Shown here one piece after another: positions 36,560 through 51,424 of a stretch of DNA of 64,000 bases (its first letter is position 1; every line of letters starts with the position of its first letter). Below the pieces are notes generated by a model that worked only from the letters and a program-made list of their open reading frames with translations, was not told where the DNA came from and searched no databases. Origin of the DNA: Podarcis muralis (Eukaryota); NCBI RefSeq assembly GCF_964188315.1, contig NC_135666.1, positions 25,978,001 through 26,042,000 on the forward strand, given 5' to 3'. A program made the position numbers and the translations under genes.

Positions 36560-38282
36560 AGAATACTAGAACCTGAGGTTATCCAATGAAGTCGATCGTG
36601 AGACGATTCAGGGTTCTTCATATAGCACAGAGTTAAAACTATGGAAGCCACTATCACAATATGCAGTAATGGCTGCCAATCTAGGTGGTTTTAAAAGGGG
36701 ATTGGATAAAGTCATGGAAACTGATGTTATTGATGGCTTCAAGGCATGGTGACTATATTCTCTCTTGTAGAAGGTGCCTCTTCACCTCAATTTGTGCTCT
36801 GCTTGTGTATTTGTAAATAAAGCAAACATGACAACGACCCCTTAGGTCAGTGGAGGGGGGGGCTGTTTAGGGAAGTTTTTAATGTTTGATGTTTTGTTCT
36901 GTTTTTAATCTGTTGGGAGCCACTCAGAGTGGCTGGGGAAACCCAGCCAGATGGGCGGGGGTATAAATAATAAATTATTATTATATTATTGCAAATGAGG
37001 CCCACCAGGCCTCCTCGTTTGGCCTGACAGACCATTTTGGCCAAGCCATGTCTGCCTGTCCTGCACCTGGCATCATAAATGACATTTGGGGGGCGGAGTC
37101 AGAATAGCTAAGTCTGGGCTGAGAAGGGATTTGCTGCACCTGGTTGCTATGGCTTCAGGCAAAACTGTGGTAGGTAAGCAGCCCCACCCACTTGACCCAC
37201 AAGGGGTGGGAGAAATAAGGATCACCAGCTGGGCCCAGTTCCTCATCCTTGCATCTCCACTGTTTTCTCATCCAACGGGAACTAAACCCACTAGGGCCTC
37301 CCTTGAAACTGCTTGCCACTTGAGAAATGGGGAATGGTTACATGCTTAAGAGCACTACTAAGATGTCTGGCACTGTAACAAAGAGCATAAATATCTGCTG
37401 AGCGAGATCTGTCCTGGAGGAGAGAAAAATCCTTGCTTCTGTTCTCTGGCCAAGTTGGTCCCAGATGTTGTAATGTCTGTAGCATCCACATCCTGCAACC
37501 TTCCGCACTAGTTCATTTGTCTCCTTGACTGAGAGTTCTGTGTAGAGGATTGCTGCAAATGAGAGCCATTGACCTTTTCCCCCACTCATCCTGCCCTTAT
37601 GTTTCCATGCCAGCTAGAGAGCATTATTGAGGAACACAAGGAAAGTCATTGAAAAATATTTATTAGCTAATTAAAATGAGCCCCTTCTACCACGACCACT
37701 GAACTTACTGACCTAGGAAGCCTCCACAGTTAATATTCAGTGCTCAAAAGCAACTAGAAAAGTGAGCTATTTAAATTCACATTGCACCATATATTTTAGG
37801 GTTGCCATATTTCAAAAAGTGAAAATCTGGACAGAAAAGTTGAGCTTTATTACCCCTGTTATGAGCTGACATACATCTGGGCATTTCAACTGCTTTTCAA
37901 AAATTCTGCCCAGACACCATTTTCAACAGACAAATCCCAGACCTATGTCAGCCCTTATAGATTTAGATGTCTTGGGGGTTGGGTATTTGACTTTCTCTGA
38001 AATGCTTACTACCTTTGACCAGTAAGTTGGGGTGCTTTATTTTCAATATTTACAATGTGCCTATCTCAGTTTCTGGCTACACTTAAAAGCTCTTGTCTCT
38101 ATGTAATCAGAATGCAACAGGCCCAATTGGGTAAATCTTTGAAATGGCTGTCAGTTATGTGTCTCTCTGTATTAGCATTTAAACCTACGGTATCTAGGTC
38201 TTTGATCAGGAGTAATGGGGTGGTGGATCTCAAGTATTCTTCTGCTCTCAGGAAAATAGTAAACTGATGTCCCCTTTCTCAT

Positions 38283-38595
38283 AAGGTAAAGGTAAAGGGA
38301 CCCCTGACCATTAGGTCCAGTCGTGACCGACTCTGGGGTTGCGGTGCTCATCTCGCTTTACTGGCCGAGGGAGCCGGCGTACAGCTTCCGGGTCATGTGA
38401 CCAGCATGACAAACCGCTTCTGGCGAACCAGAGCAGCGCACAGAAACACCTGCCAGAGCAGTACCTATTTATCTACTTGCACTTGACATGCTTTCGAACT
38501 GCTAGGTTGGCAGGAGCAGGGACCGAGCAACGGGAGCTCACCCCGTCATGGGGATTTGAACCGCCGACCTTCTGATCGGCAAGTCCTAGGCTCTG
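38283..38595 (-). mobile_element. Sauria SINE (lacertid type), 5'-truncated
   Basis: (ACCTTT)n tail reads AAGGTAAAGGTAAAGG on +. Body GGGACCCCTGACCATTAGGTCCAGTCGTG...GAACCGCCGACCTTCTGATCGGCAAG. Confidence 0.92.
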
Positions 38596-40546
38596 ATGCC
38601 ACCTGCTCCTCTTAAATGATCCCTGGCACTGATTTCTACCATTCGCCTTTCCACTCATTCCCAGCCTTCAGTGCGTTCAATCCTCTATTCACACCTGAAG
38701 AATAGATTTATTTTTTATTTAATTTTTGTACTGGAAAACCCAGAGAACTGTTTTGTTGGAAGCAAGAGATTGTAGAGAGTTTGGGCATGAATCATTGTTG
38801 ATAGGTGATTTTAAGTACTGTCATGAACTGCCACCCACTGCCCCATATGGTAAGCTGCAGTATGGCAATTGGGGGAAAGTGGCTGATTCAGAAAGGCACA
38901 TACTAATGAAGAGCAAATGCAGGTTGCTTTAGAGAAAGGATGAGTTGGTGGTTTTCCAAACGGGGAGACCAGGAGATGAGGAAAACAGAGTGGACAAAGC
39001 TCAAGGAGTAGCACTGACTTGGAAGCGATTTCTCAGCTTAGAAACTGCTGACATTGCAGACCTCACCTATAGTCAGAGCTACGTGCTCTGGAGTCCATTG
39101 TAGGTCACCAGTCTGACCGCAGGAAAGATCCACGGGCCAACATAGCAAGCATGCATTCAAAATCCCTAGTGGCACTTGCATCTATAGTATACACACAATA
39201 GGAAGTCTGTGTTCAAATTCCAGTTAACACACCATTAATCTGAATGGGCAACATCGGAGTTCAGCAGAACCATAAACCTCAGATGGATGGAAACTGGGTA
39301 TTTCATATATACATCTACCGAAAGAGAGCTTTAGAATGTTGGAAAATGTGCAGGATTAGAAATATATATAATTTGACTTTGCTGGAAAGCACATAATTTT
39401 CCTCTGGAGACCCAGTAAAGCCAAACCTTAAGTATATTTCAAAAGCTTCGTAAGATCTATTTATTTGGTCCAGCTTTTGTGGTCAGGGCTAAGCCAGAAT
39501 GTAGGGGAATGGTGTTAATACATTTTATATTTCTGTTGAACTTCAAGTTATTTTTATATGTGATGTGTTGTAAAAGACTTGTTACCTGCCATTTTACAAA
39601 GTGTACTAGACGGTCTTTAAAAATGACAGCCAATGCTTTTTCAAAGTGGGGGGAGGAAAGCTAATGTTACCCTTTTCATGTTATTCCTGTAATGAGAAGA
39701 CTGAGTGCTTTTGTCTTAGGCGTTTTGTCCAGCAGCATATTGCCCAAGGTATGTAGCTGTGTCAGCTGACTAGAGACCACAATGTCTAATACAAATCATA
39801 GCAATGTTGACATTCGTTTTTGCTTACTCCATTGCCTATACAGGCTCAGATTTATTTGGTTTAAGCTATAATATAAATTTAAACCTGTTTAACTGTAGCA
39901 AACCTAGGTCTTGTGGTTTTCTGAGTTCAGCTGACATATAGCATTTAGGTAGATAGCCAAGTACAAAATACATGTACCTGTATTTCTACATGTGTCTGCT
40001 TCAAAGTGACTTGGCAAGCCAGGCCTCTCCTATATGGTCCCTTCCAGGTGTTGTTGGACTCCCAGCTTCCATTAGTCTCAGCCAGCATGACCAATGGCCA
40101 GGAGTAATGGGAGATGCAGGTCATCAAAGCATCAGGATGGCCGTAGGTTGGGAAAGGCTAATACAAGCATAGAACCTTAAGTGCAGAATGATGCTGAGAA
40201 TCCTTGATAAGTTGAGGCTCCTGTTCCCCACACAAGCTACAGTTTGGAGGTGAAGCCATGGCAGTAAAACCAAACTGAGACTCGGTGTGATGTAGTGGTC
40301 AAAGTGCTGAGCTTTGATCTGCTGCTTAGCAACAATTAAAGCTTACTGGGAGGGCTTGGACAAGTCACCATCTTTCAACCTACCCCACAGGGTTGTTTAC
40401 TCTTATCCTACCTCATGCCTCCAGCAAACTTTGAGGGGAACCAAGGTCTCCTAGCCACTCTCAAGAGCCTTAACAGACTACTGTTCCAAGGATTCTTTGG
40501 GGGAAGCCATGACTGTTTAAAGTGGTATGATACTACTTTAAATGTA

Positions 40547-40785
40547 CAGTGGTACCTCGGGTTAAGTACTTAATTCATTCCGGAGGTCCGTACTTAACCT
40601 GAAACTTTTCCTAACCTGAAGCACCACTTTAGCTAATGGGGCCTCCTGCTGCCGCCGCGGCGCCAGAGCATTTCTGTTCTCATCCTGAAGCAAAGTTCTT
40701 AACCCAAGGTACTACTTCTGGGTTAGCGGAGTCTGTAACCTGAAGTGTATGTAACCTGAAGCGTATGTAACCCGAGGTACCACTG
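40547..40785 (-). mobile_element. Tc1/mariner-type MITE (CAGTGGTACCTC family), inverted relative to 23799/26947/29515
   Basis: TIRs with TA TSD; internal sequence is the reverse complement of the other copies. Confidence 0.9.
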
Positions 40786-41083
40786 TATAGGTTTTTCTCA
40801 AAGTGGGCCTATTAAAATCAATAGGTGTGGCTACCTCATGTCCATTAATTTCATTGGGCCTACTTAGTTATATAAAACATAGTTCTGTACCACTCACTAG
40901 AACTGCAAGAACTTAAATTTTGTGAAGTTCTGGCAGATACTGTATGCTGAGTTTTTAAAACAGCGGCCTTACGAATACACCATTAGTTTCTAATTCTGCA
41001 TATATAATCACTTTCAGGTTGTATTATAACTCATCTTCATTTTGCCCTTTCATCTTTTTTTCCCTTCTCATCTTCCATTTCAG

Positions 41084-41206
41084 ACCAAAACATCTGTTAT
41101 TTGGGCTACGCCAAACATTTCCTTTATAATCCCGCTGTGGGTTATAATATTAGCCATACTCCTTGGACTGCTGGTTTTGGCTATGTTGACCTTAGCATTG
41201 TGGAAG
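41084..41206 (+). CDS. ITGA8: Integrin alpha-8 exon (29), transmembrane exon, TKTSVIWATPNISFIIPLWVIILAILLGLLVLAMLTLALWK
   Basis: tttcag|ACC acceptor, AAG|gtatgt donor, 123 nt. Near-identical to the human alpha-8 TM segment. Confidence 0.98.
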
Positions 41207-41934
41207 GTATGTAATGTAATGGTGTTAAACTAGAGAAGATGATACCAAAACGAAATGGGGAGGTGGGGGTGGTGGAATGTGTGATCTTCTGAGCAAAATA
41301 ATCATGGACATACGAGATGGGTGTGTTATTTATTTTGGATCACTGACATGTTTGTGTTTCTGACCTTTCAAAAGAGGTGGCTTGTTTGCATTATTGAAGG
41401 CTAGTTAGAAGTGAGCAGTGAGAGATTGGCTGCGATTCCCAAGGCCTATGATCTTCTTTTGTCTGGGGAATTTAGATTTCGGCAGCATGCTGCAATGAAG
41501 CATCTCTAGGTTTGTTTCTCCCAAAGTACCTCAAGGAATTCTCTTTTGAAACGTGACCGGGCACCCCCTTCAGAGGAAAAGAAATGTTATCTTTTTAAGG
41601 CTGCAAGTGATTTTATTTTAATATTGGTAGGCTCTGTTTGATGTTTTTACTACATCGCTAAAGTCTTGCAATCTCTGAGTCACTAGCAGTTTACAAGTTT
41701 TTGTTTCAGGGACTTGGAAACAATTGACTTCAAAGTACTTAAAACTATGTCTCTGATGTGTAGACGTTGTTTTTAATTCCAGCTTGATGGGTGCCATTTC
41801 CCACGGTGGTCTATATCATGCCTATTACTGACCATGTTGAGTTCTGAGTCCTCATCCAATGTTTTCCCAGTTATTTCATCTTCCTCTTTCCTTCCGTCTT
41901 TCCCCCTTGGTAAGCACCACTGAAACAGGCCTCT

Positions 41935-42700
41935 GTAAGAGCTTATAGGGAGCCTGCTGATGCATCTGGTCTAGCATCATGTTCTCACAGTAGCCAATCA
42001 GATTCCTGTAAGAAGCCTGCAACAGCACTCTGCCTACCAGCAGTTTCCAGCAACTGATATTCAGACGCTTTACTGCCTCTGACCGTGGAGGTAGAACACA
42101 GTCATCATGGCTAGTAGCCATTGATAGCCTCTTCCTCCATGAATTTGTCTCATCCTCTTTTGAAGCTATCCATCACTGCCTCCTATAGGAGCATCGCTTT
42201 ACACTTGTTTACATTGAATCGCATTTGCCATTTTACTGCCTATTCACTCTGCGAATGGTCCTTTTGGAAATCTTTGCCATTTCTTTTTGTTTAAACAACC
42301 TAGAACCATTTAGTATCATTAGCAAACTTTGCCACCTCACTGCTCACTCCTAACTCTAGATCGTTTTTTAGCTAAAAAGTGCAGGTCCCGATTCATGGTA
42401 GACACCGGTTTCTACATCTCTGCATTCAGAGAACTGCCCATTTATTCCTGCTGTCTGCTCCTTAACCAGATCTTGATCCACAATAGGGTCAAGATTCGCC
42501 TCTTATTCCAGGAGTCTTTGGTGAGCTACCTTATTGAAAGATTTTTGAAAGTCCAGATACGTTGTGTCAATCAACCAGATCACCTCTATCTATGTACTTG
42601 TTGACACTCTCAAAGAACTCTAACCGTTTCATGAAACAGGACTTGTCCTTGCAGATACGCGCTGGCTCTGCTTAGCAAGACTTATTCTTCTACAGGCTTG
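41935..42700 (-). mobile_element. Decayed CR1 LINE (RT region and 3' tail, internally deleted)
   Basis: TTAGCAAACTTTGCCACCTC (FADDTKL region on minus), GAAAGTCCAGATAC, and tail GCTAGTAGCCATTGATAGCC. Boundaries approximate. Confidence 0.8.
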
Positions 42701-45528
42701 GTTATTTTATCTTTAAGAATACCATAGATACCACATACCAAAATTGTGTGTAACTAAATTAACTTTAGATGTTTATTCATTTTATTTGCTACATTTATAT
42801 CCCACCTTTCTTCCAACAAGCTCAAGGCAGGATCCCATAATTCTCCCCTTTCTTGTTTTATCCCCAAAACAATCCTGTGAGAAAATCCAGAAAGCCATCT
42901 GGTTTGGACATACTTTAACACCATGATAACACCGTATATCAAGTGCAGTAATTTAAATCAAGGCCATTTAAATGGTTACTTAAATCCCCAAGAAGAAGAA
43001 GAAAACCTTAGTAATTGATTCAAAATCACATTTCCCATTTTATTACTAATGCATTTCTTGAGCAAGAGTGCATGCTAATTGAATGCTACGAATATTAAAA
43101 TATATTGGTTGGCAACTAAACAGGACTTTTATCTTGCTAAGATCATAACCCAAAGTTTCTGTCATGTAGCCCACTACATGCCTTTTGCACTACAGAGTGA
43201 TGTCTGTTTAGCATGAATTTAATAGATATATTTTTTTATTATTTGTACGTGTGCAAGGACACTAAGCAAATCGTTTCATGGAAGACATGGGCCATAATTC
43301 TGCAGAGTTAAGTGTGCTAGACTGTGCCCTGAACTTTTTAGAAGCAAAGCTGACAAGTATTGTGTCAAACAGTAATGAGATGAAATGTAAATATTCATGT
43401 TGTTTGGTAGATAAGAGTGATGAATATTCATAACTTGCAACAATAATAAATGCCGTACATGGTTTATTTTCTCATATTTATAATGCTTGACCTCAGAAGT
43501 CAAATCTTGTTCCCCAGGGTTTCCCGTTAACATAGAATAGCAAGTTTAATGCAGAAATGAAATTGTTTGACAGAGGGTCATACATTTGGTTTTGAACCGT
43601 TTTTTAAAAACAACAACAAGCCTAATACAATACAGTTAAAATAAACAATCTGAAACATCTGATTTAAAATAAAATAAATATTTATCTACCTTACCACTTG
43701 TTTCATGTCCGTTTCAAACTTCTTTGTTCCCTTCCATCTTTTTAAAGTTTGACATTAAAAATGTAGAAAATGCTCAGGAACTCTCACATTGACTTTTGGC
43801 TTCTGAAATAAATCATGTCAGTTCCAAGGTATCAGGTTGGCAGTTCAGCAAGGAAATCCTCCATACATGGCAGATAGGCCTGTATAAAATCTGACCAGAT
43901 CCTGCCAAAGCTTCGTTTCCCCTCTGTTTTTGCAGGAAGACACCAAAAACAGGAGCTCTGTGGAGCCCCTGGCACACATGTTGGGTGGGCTTGTTTTCTT
44001 CTTGGAGGGTCACAAGTTGGCCGGGCTTGGCACAGTAACTCAGAAGAACAGAGCAAGCGTGCTTCTTGTTCCTATTAATCCTTCCAAAAGATAATTTCAA
44101 AAACTGCCATGCAGAGATTTAATATTTTAAAAATGCATTCCATTCCTTTATATCATCTCTGTTTGAACTTAAAAGCTCCCCAAAGGATGGTGCAGATAAT
44201 CAAATCCAGTCGCTTAGACTAGTAAGTCAAGCAGGTGAGAGGCTTTTGCCCAACACCAAACTCTTGTCATTTCGTCATCTACCCCACACTTACATCTTGC
44301 CTCTGAGAACAGGTCAACTTCAGGACAGGTCAACCACAGTGCAAGTTTGTATGACATGGCAAGGGAACAGATAAGACTCGGCAGAGCACTCGCCAACTGT
44401 TCTGATCTACCCCACTAGATGATTCATGGCTCACAGCTGTGAAGGTTTGCAGACTAGAGCACAGATGCTGAACACCTGGTTTCCACCAGCACCAGCAACA
44501 CTTGCTCCACGGTCACCATCACAGAACCAAAGGTGGTTGGCATTCCAAAGATGAAGAACTACAGAGTTGCCATTTCCCCAGGGTATCTTTGTCCCAGGGT
44601 ATCTTCCAGCAGCCTTGTCAATACATCACTGCAGCAACATCTGGAATAGCATGGGAGGCTTAGGGCGTATTCAGATAAATAGCTGAAGTTATAAATGATG
44701 CCAAGGTGGGTCAATTAATTTTTGCTCAGAAGGCTGTTCATTGTTGTGAAAGACACAGCTCAGTCTTCACTCAAAAGCAAGCTGTGAGAATGAATAAGAT
44801 TGCAGAATTCCAAGGGGCTTATGACTTAGCAGGCTGAGTCCATATAACTATGACATTGCAGGACATTCAAGCAGCCCTTTTGCTGCTGCTGCTGCTGCTT
44901 TTTTAAACAATATCACCTTGTAGTGGCTTCTCCATTTCAGTTTCCACCTTGACTGTTTGTTCAAATGAATTCGCTTTTTAACTGAGTTTCCAAGGTGCAA
45001 ACTCAATAGCCTTTAGTCCAGAATAGCTTGATTGAGCTCAGTGGCTGTGAGCAATTCATGCCACACCAGATTTTCCCCCTGAAACATTTCGTTTCAGTGA
45101 TTGCTCCTACAGGCAGTCCCGACTGCTTTTGGGGGGGCTATTCAATCTCATGCTGCACTTAGCCAATCACACAAATTTGTGGAGGCATTTAAAAACAGCT
45201 TCTGCGTGGTATAATTCTATATGCAGCCAGTGGGGGAGCAAGGGGTTTAATGTTTGGAATCCCTGGATATTTGGTTGTGAGATCTTTTTAAGGCTTGAAA
45301 ACTTCTCAGAACCAGGTAACCAAGCTGGTTTGTTTGTTTTTAATACAGAGATGGTTGATTAAAATTTAAGGCAAAAGCACTGCCAATGCATATATATTTC
45401 CTCTACATGTTTATACAGGTGTATGACACCAAGCCATAATGTCTGAGTCTGAGGGCAGGACCTGAAAAAGGGAGAAAAGATGGTTGCTTTGCCAACTTGC
45501 CTACACATGACTCTTTGTTTTGTTCCAG

Positions 45529-45615
45529 TGCGGCTTCTTTGACAGAGCAAGGCCCCCTCGAGATGACATGGCTGACAGGGTGCAACTGACAAGTGACAAG
45601 ACTACTGACACATAG
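45529..45615 (+). CDS. ITGA8: Integrin alpha-8 last coding exon (30), CGFFDRARPPRDDMADRVQLTSDKTTDT*
   Basis: ttccag|TGC acceptor, TAG stop at 45613-45615. KCGFFDR (not GFFKR) is characteristic of alpha-8. Confidence 0.98.
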   Translation, partial: CGFFDRARPPRDDMADRVQLTSDKTTDT

Positions 45616-48459
45616 GAAGAGGAGAGTGGTCCTGGTCAAGAGCAGAAAAGTACAACAGATTCCACTTACCAGGAACTTTCTTGCCAAGATGTGGTCGTAA
45701 TCCAAACTATGCAGAGTTCTACGCATTCACTACATAAATGACCTTAGAAGGGAAGACAAGAACAATGATCACTGCCTCAAAAACATAACCAGCTGATGAG
45801 CAGCAAAAAGAGAGAGAGAGAGTTTTATTTAAACAAAGGATCACTTGAGTCATTCACACGTGGACGGCATTAGAAGCACTCCTGTAGTCTGGACCATGTG
45901 GTGGCGAATCGCCTGGCTTAAAGACAAAATGTTCAAACTCTACTGTATCATGGCATAATGTTGTGGTGACTCCCTAAGGATAGGAATTTCTATGAAACTC
46001 TGGCTCAGGGAGACAAGCAATATTGTTGGTACTGTGAAAGTACTTCTGACAAGCAAAAGTAGCCTTCTAAAACACTTTCCATAAGCGAGGCACAATTATT
46101 TATTTTTCCATCTTTTTGTAGGCTGGGCATCCTAACCAAAATAGGCTCTGAAGTTTTATACTGATGGTAACATTACTTTGCATGTAAATAGAGTGGATGT
46201 ATCCTGCACATTCCATATACCAGTTATAAGAGTCGGAACGGAAGCAAAAGTATATATTATTTTATAGGATGGAGTGTATGATAAAGAACTGCAGAATCAC
46301 AGGCCTGGGAAGTGACCCTGAAGATTATAGTTCAACCCTGAACCCTAAGAAACATGACATAGTATCTTCCATTTATTTAATCGCCCCACACCGTGGACAT
46401 AGCAGATTAAGGTTATCCACTATATCATGATTGCCAAGCAAAGAGAAGTCTGGCATCCCATGTTAGAGACACAGAGTGCAATCCTATACTCAATTGAAAG
46501 TCTGGAACTTACTCCCAACAAAGCCTATATAGGATTGCAGCCTAATTGTAGAAAAGACAGTAGTAAATTGTACATACTCAAGTAATACAATCCAGTTACT
46601 GCTAGTAAGGTGAAATAAGAGGGGCAATGGCTCAATGACAGGGCACTTGCTTTGCATGCAGAAGGTCCCTGACATTTGCATTTAGGGCTGGGAGTGTCCC
46701 CTGTCTGAAAATCTGGAGAATTGCCATTTATCACTGTAGATGATACTGGGCTCGATGGGCCAATTGTCTGACTGGGCAGCTTCCTGTGATCCTAAGCCAC
46801 ATACAATAAGGTGAGGCAAAGCGGAAAAAATCAGCTGGCCAACCTGATTTGGGAGAAAACATCCAATGTAAATTAAACGAAATCAGTTAAGCCTTTGCTG
46901 CAAAACAAACCCCGTTCACCAAGCCTTCTTAAGGAAAGTTCAGCTTGGGCTCACTAGCGCAAGTGAGCTTCCAACATTCAGCATCTGCTTCCAATTGAGA
47001 CAACCACTGATGATTCAAAGTGAAGAAGATGTAAAGTGAAACAAAACCTCCCCTAATCCTAGTGTGGCACATCTGTATAACAGATTAAAAATTACCTTTA
47101 TAAATGTATCCAGATCTAGTTTGAAACCAACGTAAGGGTCATGTCTTTCTTTTTTTGCTCCCAAAGCTTTCCTAAGGAAGTTCCATACTATTGGATTTTT
47201 AGCAAACCATTTGGAGACACTTGGACTTTTAACAACCCAATCCAGCAAGTCTCTTTTTTAACATGAGAGCTGCGGTGCATGTGTAGGGAACTCCTGCACA
47301 TGGAATGGTTTCCCATTAATTTCAATGGAGAGGGCTAATCTGTGTGCATTCCTTTTCATGTGTGGAAACTAGCAGGGTGCCACTGAGAGTAATGGGGTCA
47401 TGGCTCATGGAGGAGCACCATGTACACACCTGGTTTCTGAATTGCAATTATCTTTTTTATTATTATCCACAGTTGACTTTTGTTTTCCTGTTGTCTCTTA
47501 CAAATTTATCTAGCATTAGTCCTGTTCAGACTAGTTTAGGCCCAGTAATTTCAGCAGGATGATCATTGGACCTAATCCAGGAAGATTTCCAAGGTGTTCC
47601 TGTAAACATGAGCTTTCATAATAGGCACCAATCCATTGGAATGGCTGGACCAGATTAGCTTCCACTCATGATGAACCTTGCTTAAAACTGAATGCACTGG
47701 GATAAATTGTTTTTTAAAATATATCTGCATGAGGTTTTGAACTTCCTGTACCTTCTATACTCATATCCTTTCAATCCACAAGTAAAATTCTCAATGTAAA
47801 TGTGCTGAAAAGTACTAACACTGCTCACTTTCTTCCCTTCTCCCTGCCTGGCTTGTTGAAGTCATGTTTAGCACCCTATGACCCAGGTTCAATCGTTCCC
47901 ATTATCCTAATTGTTGCCTTGCCAAAACCCAAACTACTATTGCCAAAGACTGGGAAGAACAAATGGACAATTGGCTTCTGAATCCCTCGTCCAATTAACT
48001 GTTGAGCTATGTTTTTACAGAGAACCATTCAGAGGGCAGGGATCAGTTCTTGGTTGAAACAAGGCAGGACAGTGAAGATGGGGGCTTCCTCTTGCTACAA
48101 CCATTTTTACTTCTCTTATGCACTCATAAGATGCAGAGGTTGACTGCCTCAGGTATCAAAACCATGCTGCAGATTTCTACCCCCTTGCCAGCTTATTCAC
48201 ATAGCCACCCTTGGAAAAGAGGTGAGTTGTATCTCTTTTCTAAATGCTGAATTATTGACTTAAACCCATAGTTTATCCAGAATGGTGGCTTGGCTGAACA
48301 CCTACACATCAACTACAGATGGATGAAACATCATTAGGAAATGTGGATGATATATATTTTTTCTATGTGCAATACTTTATATTATCTATGTACCTGGCGC
48401 ATGTTTACACTGGCATTTGTGATTCTCTGAAAACTTTTGAATATATTGATTAACAACCA

Positions 48460-48465
48460 AATAAA
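48460..48465 (+). terminator. Probable ITGA8 polyadenylation signal (3'UTR about 2.85 kb)
   Basis: AATAAA preceded by AU-rich UTR-like sequence and followed by U/GU-rich sequence (GCTTTGTTAGCATGTGTTT). Not confirmed by transcript data. Confidence 0.5.
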
Positions 48466-51381
48466 AAAATAACTTCCCTGCCTTACTTTCAGGCTTTGTT
48501 AGCATGTGTTTAAAATGTTTTCAGTTTAATATGGGTCCTCTGATGCCACAAGATGTACTAACACAATGGAACTGGCTCATTGCTTCCCTATTACCATGGG
48601 AATTTTACAAGGGCTGTCCTATGGATTTCTTACATAGGCTGATCCCATTCATTTCAATAGAGAAGGCAGGTCCTTTGCACATCCTACAAATCTGCTCCTC
48701 TATTTAAATGAATGGAATCAACACAGTGCAAGAAAGCAACTGGGCATTCATTGAAGCACCCAGAGCAATTGGGATTGAAATGAACTTGCATTTGATTCAA
48801 TAGGGATCAACAATATATTAGTAACTCATTTTTCTTTTCTTAAGTTCAAATCACCACATTTCTGCATCAGTTGCATGGGGGAAGTCACAAATATTTGTCA
48901 GTGATTAAGTGTGCATTTTTTCCTTATTCACACATTTTTGCAAGTGGCATTGTGCTATGTTATTTTCACAAATGTACACAGTTTTGTGTCCAATTTGTGT
49001 ACACTTTCCCCTGATATATGCAATGTAGTAGACATTTTTAATTGGGCAAACTCAATGCAAGATTCAGAGCATTTCCAGAAATGAGAGCTGCATTTCTATT
49101 CAAATGCTGTTTTAGGAAACCTCAGTTAGGAAGATGCACATTAAAAGGCAAACCCAAGCAAAATTTCCCTCACATCCCTAGTTCCTAGTTTATTTGAATG
49201 AAGAGCAGTAATGGGAAGCTACAGAAATGGAAACAAGCACATCAGTCACGACTAGCTTGGCTGAAGTCCATTGGCTGCAGCTGCACAGTGTCACAGGAAG
49301 GCAAGTGAGAGGCGCATGAGCTGACATTGTTTACTTTCAGATCTCTAGTCCTTGGCATATTACACTCCCTCACCGAAGCCTTGTAGCTTTTCTGCTGTCA
49401 AGGGCTGCAGCTTTTTAGCAGTTTCCTTAGATTTGTTGATATAAATCAGAAACTGAAAGCTCAGAAATGCTATGTCTATGTGAAGGTATGGGTATGACCA
49501 GGTCTTCATTTGAGGTTGGTTCTCAGACCAAAGTTAATATACCAGAATGCAATCCTAGAAACGTGTGTATCAGTTGAGGAGGTTGCGCATGTTTGAGGTT
49601 TCCTTTGTCACACGTGACTACCAAGGGTCATAACCAAGTAGGTTCTACTCAGAGCAGACCCATTGAAATTATTAGTATTAAATTTATTACCCACCCTTCA
49701 TCAACAGGTCCCAGGGCAAGTTACAGCAAAATTAAAACCAGTCAAAACAGATTACAATCACTGGAATGGGGTGAAAACACACATCTCAGGGATCAAAGGC
49801 CTAGGTAAAGGATTGTGTCTTTAGCATTTGCTAAAAGCTGTACGGTGAAGAAGCCAAATGCACTTGTGTGTGTATTCCACAACTTAAGGGCAGCCAAAGA
49901 GAATGTTATCTCAGGCACCCTCACCCTCAAGTCTGACAGAGGTGGACCTACCAAGAGAGCCCCATCTGCTGATCTTAACTTGCAGGAAGGTCTGTAAGGA
50001 AGGACTTGGTCTTTCAGCTGTTAGGGCCAAAGTGTCAGGCTGCTGCCAGCGACTCCTGGCTGGTTGCCCAGGAGTAGACAAAGACAAGGAAATGTTTCTT
50101 ACTGTCCACTTTTTATTCAGTATTTACAGAGAGAGGCTATAGAATCCAGCCTCTTGGATAATGGCATTGTCCCAAGTGAATGTCCACCTCTGTCTCCCCC
50201 ACTTTCTCATCCATCAATCTCATTGTCTCTCCTACAGATGCTGCTAAGTGCCCTCTGTCTTTGAGCTCTTTGCTCTTCTACTTTCAAGGCTCACCAGGTT
50301 CTGGGAGATGGAAGGTCTAGAATGCTTTCTAAAGACACTGTGTCCATCAGCTGTCACCCCCCTGGTGCTTCCTCCTCCTCCTCCTCCTCTCCCATTATTT
50401 CCCAAGTTTCCCCCTCATCTGCCTCTGAGCTGTGACCTCCCTCAAACCCCTGTTGTAAATCTAAACTGTCTTCCTCTTCCTCCTCACTGGAAGGGTCAAG
50501 CTGGGGAGGTGGTCTCCACCATTTCTCCTCTACCCAGGCCCTAACACTTAAGTCATTAGGATGAAAGTGAGTTCCTTGAACTGAACACAGAAACAAATGA
50601 GCAGCCAAATTAATGGGTCCACTCTCAGCAGAATCAACATTGGATCCAACCTGTTGTGAAGGTCAGCAGAAGGGATTAAGCAGGGGAAGGTTAAAAGCAG
50701 TGTAGGTCAGAGGATAGTGGAGGCTGCATCTGAGTGGCACCACAGAGCACTTTGGGACTCCCTTCTTATACAGCCCTGTGCAGATCCTGTTTCACCTCTG
50801 TCAATCCAAAAATTCCTCCAAGGCTCAAGATTCAGGTTTTGTTCAAATCCAATTCTCACAAAAATGGTGCCCCAATGCCTCTGGAATCTGCTGAGAAAGG
50901 CTATCCCACCTCGGGATCTGGATGCATACAAATGAAGGTGTATAACGCCAGAGCTAGCAAGTCGTAAGCTTTACAAACTGTTTACTCATTCATTTTCTTG
51001 CAACTGCCGTTGCCAGATACACCAGCATCTGGGAACCGCTATAAAGCTTGTCTTAAAACTCAACGATCAACAGGACAACAGAGAGTCCTAAACAGACGGT
51101 CGTAGCAAGCCTTCTTTTCTGCAAAAAAGAAAAAGAAAAAAATTGCTTGACATACTGCCTCAAGATATTGTTTATGAGCGAGTTCTTTATTTATGCTTGC
51201 TGGCAAACATCCATGTTGTAATGCAGTCTGAAGTTAGTGCCTCTTGACAATATAAAGTCTTGACTTTAGCTTATGCCGGCGCCATGATGTGACACAGCAG
51301 GAATGTTTTTAATATCTAAGGACTGGTGCTTGTTTTGACTGACTTCGTATTGTATTGCAGAGACATCGCTGTTCTGTGTTG

Positions 51382-51424
<43 letters not shown>

